NCBI GenBank assembly: GCA_964016885.1
Contig: OZ024744.1
Coordinates: 18,848,001-18,912,000, forward strand
Origin: Eledone cirrhosa
Taxonomy: Eukaryota
Direction of reading: 5' to 3'
DNA: 64,000 bases
The notes under the pieces are model-generated. The model saw only the letters and a program-made list of their open reading frames with translations, was not told the origin of the DNA and made no database searches. A program made the position numbers and the translations under genes. Shown in pieces: positions 28,401-40,891 of this stretch (the first letter of the stretch is position 1; each line of letters opens with the position of its first letter).

Positions 28401-31400
28401 TCTGTGTCACTGTCTATGTCACTGTATCTTTGTGTATGTCTGTGTCACTGTGTATGTCACTGTGTGTTTATGTATTTCTGTGTATCTGTGTATGTCACTG
28501 TATCTTTGTGTATGTCTGCGTCACTGTGTATGTCACTGTGTGTTTCTTATGTCTGTGTCACTGTGTATGTCGCAGTGTGTTTCTGTATATATGTGTCTCT
28601 GTGTATGTCAATGTATCTTTGTGTATGTCAGTGTCACTGTGTGATTCTGTATGTCTGTGTCACTGTGTATGTCACTGTATGTTTGTGTGTGTCTGTGTCA
28701 CTGTGTATGTCACTGTGTGTTTGTGTATGTCTGTGTCACAGTATGTTTCTGTATGTCTGTGTCACTGTGTATGTCACTGTTTGTTTCTGTATGTATGTGT
28801 CACTGTGTATGTCACCGTATGTGTGTGTATGTCTGTGTCACGGTGTATGTCACTGTATGTTTGTGTGTGTCTGTGTCACTGTGTATGTCAATGTCACTGT
28901 GTGTTTCTGTTTGTCTGTGTCTCTGTGTATGTCACTGTATCTTTGTGTATGTATGTGTCACTGTGTATGTCACTGTGTGTTTCTGTATGTCTGTGTCACT
29001 GTGTATATCACTGTGTGTTTCTGTATATCTGTGTCTCTGTGTATGTCACTGTATCTTTGTGTATGTCTGGGTCACTGTGTATGTCAATGTATATTTGTGT
29101 ATGTCTGTGTTACGGTGTATATCACTGTATGTTTGTGTATGTCTGTCTCACTCTGTATGTCACTGTATATTTCTGTATGTCTGTGTCACTGTGTATATCA
29201 CTGTATGTTTCTGTATGTCTGTGTCACTGTGTATGTCACTGTGTGTTTCTTATGGCTGTGTCACTGTGTATGTCACTGTATCTTTGTGTATGTCTGTGTC
29301 ACTGTGTATGTCACAGTGTGTTTCTGTATGTCTGTGTCACTGTCTATGTCACTGTATGTTTCTGAATGTCTGTGTCACTGTGTATATCACTGTGTTTGTG
29401 TATGTCTGTGTCACTGTATGTTTCTGTATGTCTGTGTCACTGTGTATGTCACTGTGTGTTTCTGTATGTCTGTGTCACTGTGTATGACATTGTATCTTTG
29501 TGTATGTCTGTGTCACTGTGTATGTCACTGTATGTTTCTGTATGTTTGTGTCACTGTGTATGTCACTGTGTGTTTCTGTAGGTCTGTGTCTCTGTGTATG
29601 TCACTGTATGTTTCTGTATGTCTGTTTCACTGTGTATGTCACTGTGTCTTTATGTATGTCTGTGTCACTCTGTATGTCACTGTATATTTCTGTATGTCTG
29701 TGTCACTGTGTATGTCACTGTATGTTTCTGTATGTCTGTGTCACTGTGTATGTCACTGTATGTTTCTGTATGTCTGTGTCACTGTGTATGTCACTGTATC
29801 TTTGTGTATGTCTGTGTCCCTGTGTATGTCACTGTATGTTTCTGTATGTTTGTGTCACTGGGTATGTCACTGTGTGTTTCTGTATGTCTGTGTCACTGTG
29901 TATGTCACTGTGTGTTACTGTATGTTTGTGTCACTGTGTATGTCACTGTTTGTTTGCGTGTGTCTGTGTCACTGTGTATGTCACTGTGTGTTTCTGTATG
30001 TATGTGTCACCGTGTATGTCACTGTATCTTTGTGTATGCCTGTGTCACTGTGTATGTCACTGTGTGTTTCTGTATGTTTGTGTCACTGTGTATGTCACTA
30101 AATGTTTGTGTGTGTCTGTGTCACTGTGTATGTCACTGTGTGTTTCTGTATGTCTGTGTGACTGTGTATGTCACTGTTTGTTTGTGTATGTCTGTGTCAC
30201 TGTGTATGTCATTGCATCTTTGTGTATGTCTGTGTCACTGTGTATGTCACTGTGTGTTTCTGTATGTCTGTGTCACTGTGTATGTCACTGTATGTTTCTG
30301 TATGTCTGTTTCACTGTGTATGTCACTGTATATTTGTGTATGTCTGTGTCACTCTGTATGTCACTGTGTGTTTCTGTATGTCTATGTCACTATGTATGCC
30401 ACTGTATATTTGTGTTGTCTGTTTCATTGTGTATGTCACTGGGTGTTTCTGTATGTCTGTGTCAATGTGTATGACACTGTGTCTTTCTGTATGCATGTAT
30501 CACTGTGTATGTCACTGTGTGTATCTGTATGTCTGTGTCACTGTGTAAGTCATTGTATCTTTGTGTATGTCTGTGGCACTCTGTATGTCGTTGTGTGTTT
30601 CTGTATGTATGTGTCTCTGTGTATGTCACTGTATATTTGTGTATGTATGTGTCACTGTGTATGTCACTGTGAGTTTCTCTACGTCTGTGTCACTGTGTAT
30701 GTCACTGTATGTCTCTGTATGTCTGTGTCACTGTCTATGTCACTGTATCTTTGTGTATGTCTGTGTCACTGTGTATGTCACTCTGTGTTTATGTATTTCT
30801 GTGTCTCTGTGTATGCCACTGTATCTTTGTGTATGTCTGCGTCACTGTGTATGTCACTGTGTGTTTCTGTATGTCTGTGTCACTGTGTATGTCGCAGTGT
30901 GTTTCTGTATATATGTGTCTCTGTGTATGTCAATGTATCTTTGTGTATGTCTGTGTCACTGTGTGTTTCTGTATGTCTGTGTCACTGTGTATGTCACTGT
31001 ATGTTTGTGTGTGTCTGTGTCACTGTGTATGTCACTGTGTGTTTGTGTATGTCTGTGTCACAGTATGTTTCTGTATGTCTGTGTCACTGTGTATGTCACT
31101 GTTTGTTTCTGTATGTATGTGTCACTGTGTATGTCACCGTATGTGTGTGTATGTCTGTGTCACGGTGTATGTCACTGTATCTTTGTGTATGCCTGTGTCA
31201 CTGTGTATGTCACTGTGTGTTTTTGTATGTCTGTGTCACTGTGTATGTCACTGTATGTTTGTGTGCGTCTGTGTCACTGTGTATGTCAATGTCTCTGTGT
31301 GTTTCTGTATGTCTTTGTCTCTGTGTATGTCACTGTATCTTTGTGTATGTATGTGTCACTGTGTATGTCACTGTGTGTTTCTGTATGTCTGTGTCACTGT

Positions 31401-34400
31401 GTATATCACTGTGTGTTTCTGTATATCTGTGTCTCTGTGTATGTCACTGTATCTTCGTGTATGTCTGGGTCACTGTGTATGTCACTGTATATTTGTGTAT
31501 GTCTGTGTCACTGTGTATGTCACTGTATGTTTCTGTATGTCTGTGTCACTGTGTATATCAATGTGTGTTTCTGTATCTCTGTGTCACGGTGTATGTCACA
31601 GCATGTTTGTGTATGTCTGTGTGACTGTGTATGTCACTGTGTGTTTCTGTATGGCTGTGTCACTGTGTATGTCACTGTATCTTTGTGTATGTATGTGTCA
31701 CTGTGTATGTCACAGTGTGTTTCTGTATGTATGTGTCACTGTCTATGTCACTGTATGTTTCTGAATGTCTGTGTCACTGTGTATGTCACTGTGTTTCTGT
31801 ATGTCTGTGTCACGATGTATGTCACTGTATGTTTGTGTGTGACTGTGTCACTGTGTATGTCACTGTATGTTTGTGTATGTCTGTGTCACTGTATGTTTCT
31901 GTATGTCTGTGTCACTGTGTATATCACTGTGTGTTTCTGTATGTCTGTGTCACTGTGTATGTCATTGTATATTTGTGTAAGTCTGTGTCACTGTGTATGT
32001 CACTGTATGTTTCTGTAAGTTTGTGTCACTGTGTATGTCACTGTGTGTTTCTGTATGTCTGTGTCTCTGTGTATGTCATTGTATGTTTCTGTATGTCTGT
32101 TTCACTGTGTATGTCACTGTGTCTTTATGTATGTCTGTGTCACTCTGGATGTCACTGTATATTTCTGTATGTCTGTGTCACTGTGTATGTCACTGTATGT
32201 TTCTGTATGTTTGTGTCACTGTGTATGTCACTGTATGTTTCTGTATGTCTGTTTCACTGTGTATGTCACTGTGTCTTTCTGTATGTATGTGTCACCGTGT
32301 ATGTCACTGTATCTTTGTGTATGCCTGTGTCACTGTGTATGTCACTGTGTGTTTCTGTATGTTTGTGTTACTGTGTATGTCACTAAATGTTTGTGTGTGT
32401 CTGTGTCTCTGTGTATGTCACTGTGTGTTTTTGTGTGTCTGTGTCACTGTGTATGTCACTGTGTGTTTCTGTATGTATGTGTCACTGTGTATGTCACTGT
32501 ATGTTTCTGTATTCTGTTTCACTGTGTATATCACTGTGTGTTTCTGTATGTCTGTGTCACTGTATATGTCACTGTATCTTTGTGTATGCCTGTGTCACTG
32601 TCTATGTTACTGTATGTTTATGTATGTCTGTTTCACTCTGTATGTCACTGTATATTTGTGTATGTCTGTGTCACTCTGTATGTCACTGTGTGTTTCTGTA
32701 TGTCTGTGTCACTATGTATGCCACTGTATATGTGTGTTGTCTGTGTCATTGTGTATGTCACTGTGTCTTTCTGTATGTATGTATCACTGTGTATGTCACT
32801 GTGTGTATCTGTATGTCTGTGTCACTGTGTAAGTCATTGTATCTTTGTGTATGTCTGTGGCACTCTGTATGTCGTTGTGTGTTTCTGTATGTACGTGTCT
32901 CTGTGTATGTCACTGTATATTTGTGTATGTATGTGTCACTGTGTATGTCACTGTGTGTTTCTGTATGTCTGTGTCTCTGTGTATGTCACTGTATCTTTGT
33001 GTATGTATGTGTCACTGTGTATGTCACTGTGTGTTTCTGTATGTCTGTGTCACTGTGTATATCACTGTGTGTTTCTGTATATCTGTGTCTCTGTGCATGT
33101 CACTGTATCTTTGTGTATGTCTGGGTCACTGTGTATGTAACTGTATATTTGTGCATGTCTGTGTCACGGTGTATATCACTGTATGTTTGTGTATGTCTGT
33201 GTCACTGTGTATGTCACTGTATGTTTCTGTATGTCTGTGTCACTGTGTATATCAATGTGTGTTTCTGTATCTCTGTGTCACGGTGTATGTCACTGCATGT
33301 TTGTGTATGTCTGTGTGACTGTGTATGTCTCTGTGTGTTTCTGTATGGCTGTGTCACTGTGTATGTCACTGTATCTTTGTGTATGTCTGTGTCACTGTGT
33401 ATGTCACAGTGTGTTTCTGTATGTCTGTGTCACTGTCTATGTCACTGTATGTTTCTGAATGTCTGTGTCACTGTGTATGTCACTGTGTGTTTCTGTATGT
33501 CTGTGTCACGGTGTATGTCACTGTATGTTTGTGTGTGACTGTGTCACTGTGTATGTCACTGTGTGTTTGTGTATGTCTGTGTCACTGTATGTTTCTGTAT
33601 CTCTGTGTCACTGTGTATGTCACTGTGTGTTTCTGTATGTCTGTGTCACGGTGTATGTCACTGTATGTTTGTGTGTGACTGTGTCACTGTGTATGTCACT
33701 GTGTGTTTGTGTATGTCTGTGTCACTGTATGTTTCTGTATGTCTATGTCAGTGTATGTCATTGTATCTTTGTGTATGTCTGTGACACTGTGTATGTCACA
33801 GTATGTTTCTGTAAGTTTGTGTCACTGTGTATGTCACTGTGTGTTTCTGTATGTCTGTGTCTCTGTGTATGTCACTGTATGTTTCTGTATGTCTGTTTCA
33901 CTGTGTATGTCACTGTGTCATTATGTATGTATGTGTCACTCTGTATGTCACTGTATATTTCTGTATGTCTGTGTCACTGTGTATATCACTGTATGTTTCT
34001 GTATGTCTGTGTCACTGTGTATGTCACTGTGTGTCTCTGTATGGCTGTGTCACTGTGTATGTCACTGTATCTTTGTGTATGTCTGTGTCACTGTGTATGT
34101 CACAGTGTGTTTCTGTATGTCTGTGTCACTGTCTCTGTCACTGTATGTTTCTGAATGTCTGTGTCACTGTGTATGTCACTGTGTGTTTGTGTATGTCTGT
34201 GTCACTGTATGTTTCTGTATGTCTGTGTCACTGTGTATGTCACTGTGTGTTTCTGTATGCCTGTGTCACTGTGTATGTCACTGTATGTTTCTGTATGTCT
34301 GTTTCACTGTGTATATCACTGTGTGTTTCTGTATGTCTGTGTCACTGTATATGTCACTGTATCTTTGTGTATGCCTGTGTCACTCTCTATGTCACTGTAT

Positions 34401-37400
34401 GTTTCTGTATGTCTGTTTCACTGTGTATGTCACTGTATATTTGTGTATGTCTGTGTCACTCTGTATGTCACTGTGTGTTTTTGTATGTCTGTGTCACTAT
34501 GTATGCCACTGTATATTTGTGTTGTCGGTGTCATTGTGTATGTCACTGGGTGTTTCTGTATGTCTGTGTCACTGTGTATGACACTGTGTCTTTCTGTATG
34601 TATGTATCACTGTGTATGTCACTGTGTGTATCTTTATGTCTGTGTCACTGTGTAAGTCATTGTATCTTTGTGTATGTCTGTGGCACTCTGTATGTCGTTG
34701 TGTGTTTCTGTATGTCTGTGTCTCTGTGTATGTCACTGTATCTTTGTGTATGTATGTGTCACTGTGTATGTCACTGTGTGTTTCTGTATGTCTGTGTCAC
34801 TGTGTATATCACTGTATGTTTGTGTATGTCTGTGTCACGGTGTATATCACTGTATGTTTGTGTATGTCTGTGTCACTGTGTATGTCACTGTGTGTTTCTG
34901 TATGTCTGTGTCACTGTGTATGTCATTGTATCTTTGTGTATGTCTGTGTCACTGTGTATGTCACAGTATGTTTCTGTAAGTTTGTGTCACTGGGTATGTC
35001 ACTGTATGTTTCTGTATGTCTGTTTCACTGTGTATGTCACTGTGTCTTTATGTATGTCTGTGTCACTCTGTATGTCACTGTATATTTCTGTATGTCTGTG
35101 TCACTGTGTATATCACTGTATGTTTCTGTATGTCTGTGTCACTGTGTATGTCACTGTGTGTTTCTGTATGGCTGTGTCACTGTGTATGTCACTGTATCTT
35201 TGTGTATGTCTGTGTCACTGTGTATGTCAGAGTGTGTTTCTGTATGTCTGTGTCACTGTCTATGTCACTGTATGTTTCTGAATGTCTGTGTCACTGTGTA
35301 TGTCACTGTGTGTTTGTGTATGTCTGTGTCACTGTATGTTTATGTATGTCTGTGTCACTGTGTATGTCACTGTGTGTTTCTGTATGTCTGTGTCACTGTG
35401 TATGACATTGTATCTTTGTGTATGTCTGTGTCACTGTGTATGTCACTGTATATTTCTCTATCTCTGTGTCACGGTGTATGTCACTGCATGTTTGTGTATG
35501 TCTGTGTGACTGTGTATATCACTGTGTGTTTCTGTATGGCTGTGTCACTGTGTATGTCACTGTATCTTTGTGTATGTCTGTGTCACTGTGTATGTCATAG
35601 TGTGTTTCTGTATGTCTGTGTCACTGTCTATGTCACTGTATGTTTCTGAATGTCTGTGTCACTGTGTATGTCACTGTGTGTTTCTGTATGTCTGTGTCAC
35701 GGTGTATGTCACTGTATGTTTGTGTGTGACTGTGTCACTCTGTATGTCACTGTGTGTTTGTGTATGTCTGTGTCACTGTATGTTTCTGTATGTCTGTGTC
35801 ACTGTGTATGTCACTGTGTGTTTCTGTATGTCTGTGTCACTGTGTATGTCATTGTATCTTTGTGTATGTCTGTGTCACTGTGTATGTCACTGTATGTTTC
35901 TGTAAGTTTGTGTCACTGTGTATGTCACTGTGTGTTTCTGTATGTCTGTGTCTCTGTGTATGTCACTGTATGTTTCTGTATGTCTGTTTCACTGTGTATG
36001 TCACTGTGTCTTTATGTATGTCTGTGTCACTCTGTATGTCACTGTATATTTCTGTATGTCTGTGTCACTGTGTATGTCACTGTATGTTTCTGTATGCTTG
36101 TGTCACTGTGTATGTCACTGTATGTTTCTGTATGTCTGTTTCACTGTGTATGTCACTGTGTCTTTGTGTATGTCTGTGTCACTGTGTATGTCACTGTGTG
36201 TTTATGTATATCTGTGTCTCTGTGTATGCCACTGTATCTTTGTGTATGTCTGTGTCACTCTGTATGTCACTGTGTGTTTTTGTATGTCTGTGTCACTGTG
36301 TATGTCACGGTGTGTTTCTGTATATATGTGTCTCTGTGTATGTCACTGTATCTTTGTGTATGTCTGTGTCACTGTGTGTTTCTGTATGTCTGTGTCACTG
36401 TGTATGTCACTCTATGTTTGTGTGTGTCTGTGTCACTGTGTATGTCACAGTGTGTTTGTGTATGTCTGTGTCACTGTATGTTTCTGTATGTCTGTGTCAC
36501 TGTCTATGTCACCGTATGTGTGTGTATGTCTGTGTCACGGTGTATGCCACTGTGTGTTTCTGTATGTCTGTGTCACTGTGTATGTCACTGTATGTTTGTG
36601 TGTGTCTGTGTCACTGTGTATGTCAATGTCTCTGTGTGTTTCTGTTTGTCTGTGTCTCTGTGTATGTCACTGTATCTTTGTGTATGTATGTGTCACTGTG
36701 TATGTCACTGTGTGTTTCTGTATGTCTGTGTCACTGTGTATATCACTGTGTGTTTCTGTATATCTGTGTCTCTGTGTATGTCACTGTATCTTTGTGTATG
36801 TCTGGGTCGTCACTGTGTATGTCACTGTATATTTGTGTATGTCTGTGTTACGGTGTATATCACTGTATGTTTGTGTATGTCTGTGTCACTCTGTATGTCA
36901 CTGTATATTTCTGTATGTCTGTGTCACTGTGTATATCACTGTATGTTTCTGTATGTCTGTGTCACTGTGTATGTCACAGTGTGTTTCTGTATGTCTGTGT
37001 CACTGTCTATGTCACTGTATGTTTCTGAATGTCTGTGTCACTGTGTATATCACTGTGTGTTTGTGTATGTCTGTGTCACTGTATGTTTCTGTATGTCTGT
37101 GTCACTGTGTATGACATTGTATCTTTGTGTATGTCTGTGTCACTGTGTATGTCACTGTATGTTTCTGTATCTTTGTGTCACTGTGTATGTCACTGTGTGT
37201 TTCTGTATGTCTGTGTCTCTGTGTATGTCACTGTATGTTTCTGTATGTCTGTTTCACTGTGTATATCACTGCTTCTTTATGTATGTCTGTGTCACTCTGT
37301 ATGTCACTGTATATTTCTGTATGTCTGTGTCACTGTGTATGTCACTGTATGTTTCTGTATGTCTGTGTCACTGTGTATGTCACTCTATGTTTCTGTATGT

Positions 37401-40400
37401 CTGTGTCACTGTGTATGTCACTGTATCTTTGTGTATGTCTGTGTCTCTGTGTATGTCACTGTATGTTTCTGTATGTTTGTGTCACTGTGTATGTCACTGT
37501 GTGTTTCTGTATGTCTGTGTCACTGTGTATGTCACTGTGTGTTACTGTATGTTTGTGTCACTGTGTATGTCACTAAATGTTTGCGCGTGTCTGTGTCACT
37601 GTGTATGTCACTGTGTGTTTCTGTATGTCTGTGTGACTGTGTATGTCACTGTGTGTTTCTGTATGTCTGTGTCACTGTATGTTTCTGTATGTCTGTGTCA
37701 CTGTGTATGTCACTGTGTGTTTCTGTATGTATGTGTCACCGTGTATGTCACTGTATCGTTGTGTATGCCTGTGTCACTGTGTATGTCACTGTGTGTTTCT
37801 GTATGTTGTGTCACTGTGTATGTCACTAAATGTTTGTGTGTGTCTGTGTCTCTGTGTATGTCACTGTGTGTTTGCGTGTGTCTGTGTCACTGTGTATGTC
37901 ACTGTGTGTTTCTGTATGTCTGTGTGACTGTGTATGTCACTGTTTGTTTGTGTATGTCTGTGTCACTGTGTGTGTTTCTGTATGTCTGTGTCACTGTGTA
38001 TGTCATTGCATCTTTGTGTATGTCTGTCTCACTCTGTATGTCACTGTGTGTTTCTGCATGTCTGTGTCACTGTGTATGTCAGTGTGTTTCTGTATGTCTG
38101 TGTCACTGTGTATGTCACTGTATGTTTCTGTATGTCTGTGTCACTGTGTATATCACTGTGTGTTTCTGTATGTCTGTGTCACTGTATATGTCACTGTATC
38201 TTTGTGTATGCCTGTGTCACTGTCTATGTCACTGTATGTTTCTGTATGTCTGTTTCACTGTGTATGTCACCGTATATTTGTGTATGTCTGTGTCACTCTG
38301 TATGTCACTGTGTGTTTCTGTATGTCTATGTCACTATGTGTGCCACTGTATATTTGTGTTGTCTGTGTCATTGTGTATGTCACTGGGTGTTTCTGTATGT
38401 CTGTGTCACTGTGTATGACACTGTGTCTTTCTGTATGTATGTATCACTGTGTATGTCACTGTGTGTATCTGTATGTCTGTGTCACTGTGTAAGTCATTGT
38501 ATCTTTATGTATGTCTGTGGCACTCTGTATGTCGTTGTGTGTTTGTGTATGTATGTGTCTCTGTGTATGTCACTGTATATTTGTGTATGTATGTGTCACT
38601 GTGTATGTCACTGTGAGTTTCTCTACGTCTGTGTCACTGTGTATGTCACTGTATGTCTCTGTATGTCTGTGTCACTGTCTATGTCACTGTATCTTTGTGT
38701 ATGTCTGTGTCACTGTGTATGTCACTGTGTGTTTATGTATTTCTGTGTATCTGTGTATGTCACTGCATCTTTGTGTATGTCTGCGTCACTGTGTATGTCA
38801 CTGTGTGTTTCTTATGTCTGTGTCACTGTGTATGTCGCAGTGTGTTTCTGTATATATGTGTCTCTGTGTATGTCAATGTATCTTTGTGTATGTCAGTGTC
38901 ACTGTGTGTTTCTGTATGTCTGTGTCACTGTGTATGTCACTGTATGGTTGTGTGTGTCTGTGTCACTGTGTATGTCACTGTGTGTTTGTGTATGTCTGTG
39001 TCACAGTATGTTTCTGTATGTCTGTGTCACTGTGTATGTCACTGTTTGTTTCTGTATGTATGTGTCACTGTGTATGTCACCGTATGTGTGTGTATGTCTG
39101 TGTCACGGTGTATGTCACTGTATGTTTGTGTGTGTCTGTGTCACTGTGTATGTCAATGTCACTGTGTGTTTCTGTTTGTCTGTGTCTCTGTGTATGTCAC
39201 TGTATCTTTGTGTATGTATGTGTCACTGTGTATGTCACTGTGTGTTTCTGTATGTCTGTGTCACTGTGTATATCACTGTGTGTTTCTGTATATCTGTGTC
39301 TCTGTGTATGTCACTGTATCTTTGTGTATGTCTGGGTCACTGTGTATGTCAATGTATATTTGTGTATGTCTGTGTTACGGTGTATATCACTGTATGTTTG
39401 TGTATGTCTGTGTCACTCTGTATGTCACTGTATATTTCTGTATGTCTGTGTCACTGTGTATATCACTGTATGTTTCTGTATGTCTGTGTCACTGTGTATG
39501 TCACTGTGTGTTTCTTATGGCTGTGTCACTGTGTATGTCACTGTATCTTTGTGTATGTCTGTGTCACTGTGTATGTCACAGTGTGTTTCTGTATGTCTGT
39601 GTCACTGTCTATGTCACTGTATGTTTCTGAATGTCTGTGTCACTGTGTATATCACTGTGTTTGTGTATGTCTGTGTCACTGTATGTTTCTGTATGTCTGT
39701 GTCACTGTGTATGTCACTGTGTGTTTCTGTATGTCTGTGTCACTGTGTATGACATTGTATCTTTGTGTATGTATGTGTCACTGTGTATGTCACTGTATGT
39801 TTCTGTATGTTTGTGTCACTGTGTATGTCACTGTGTGTTTCTGTAGGTCTGTGTCTCTGTGTATGTCACTGTATGTTTCTGTATGTCTGTTTCACTGTGT
39901 ATGTCACTGTGTCTTTATGTATGTCTGTGTCACTCTGTATGTCACTGTATATTTCTGTATGTCTGTGTCACTGTGTATGTCACTGTATGTTTCTGTATGT
40001 CTGTGTCACTGTGTATGTCACTGTATGTTTCTGTATGTCTGTGTCACTGTGTATGTCACTGTATCTTTGTGTATGTCTGTGTCCCTGTGTATGTCACTGT
40101 ATGTTTCTGTATGTTTGTGTCACTGGGTATGTCACTGTGTGTTTCTGTATGTCTGTGTCACTGTGTATGTCACTGTGTGTTACTGTATGTTTGTGTCACT
40201 GTGTATGTCACTGTTTGTTTGCGTGTGTCTGTGTCACTGTGTATGTCACTGTGTGTTTCTGTATGTCTGTGTGACTGTGTATGTCACTGTGTGTGTGTAT
40301 GTCTGTGTCACTGTATGTTTCTGTATGTCTGTGTCACTGTGTATGTCACTGTGTGTTTCTGTATGTATGTGTCACCGTGTATGTCACTGTATCTTTGTGT

Positions 40401-40891
40401 ATGCCTGTGTCACTGTGTATGTCACTGTGTGTTTCTGTATGTTTGTGTCACTGTGTATGTCACTAAATGTTTGTGTGTGTCTGTGTCACTGTGTATGTCA
40501 CTGTGTGTTTCTGTATGTCTGTGTGACTGTGTATGTCACTGTTTGTTTGTGTATGTCTGTGTCACTGTGTATGTCATTGCATCTTTGTGTATGTCTGTGT
40601 CACTGTGTATGTCACTGTGTGTTTCTGTATGTCTGTGTCACTGTGTATGTCACTGTATGTTTCTGTATGTCTGTTTCACTGTGTATGTCACTGTATATTT
40701 GTGTATGTCTGTGTCACTCTGTATGTCACTGTGTGTTTCTGTATGTCTATGTCACTATGTATGCCACTGTATATTTGTGTTGTCTGTGTCATTGTGTATG
40801 TCACTGGGTGTTTCTGTATGTCTGTGTCAATGTGTATGACACTGTGTCTTTCTGTATGCATGTATCACTGTGTATGTCACTGTGTGTATCT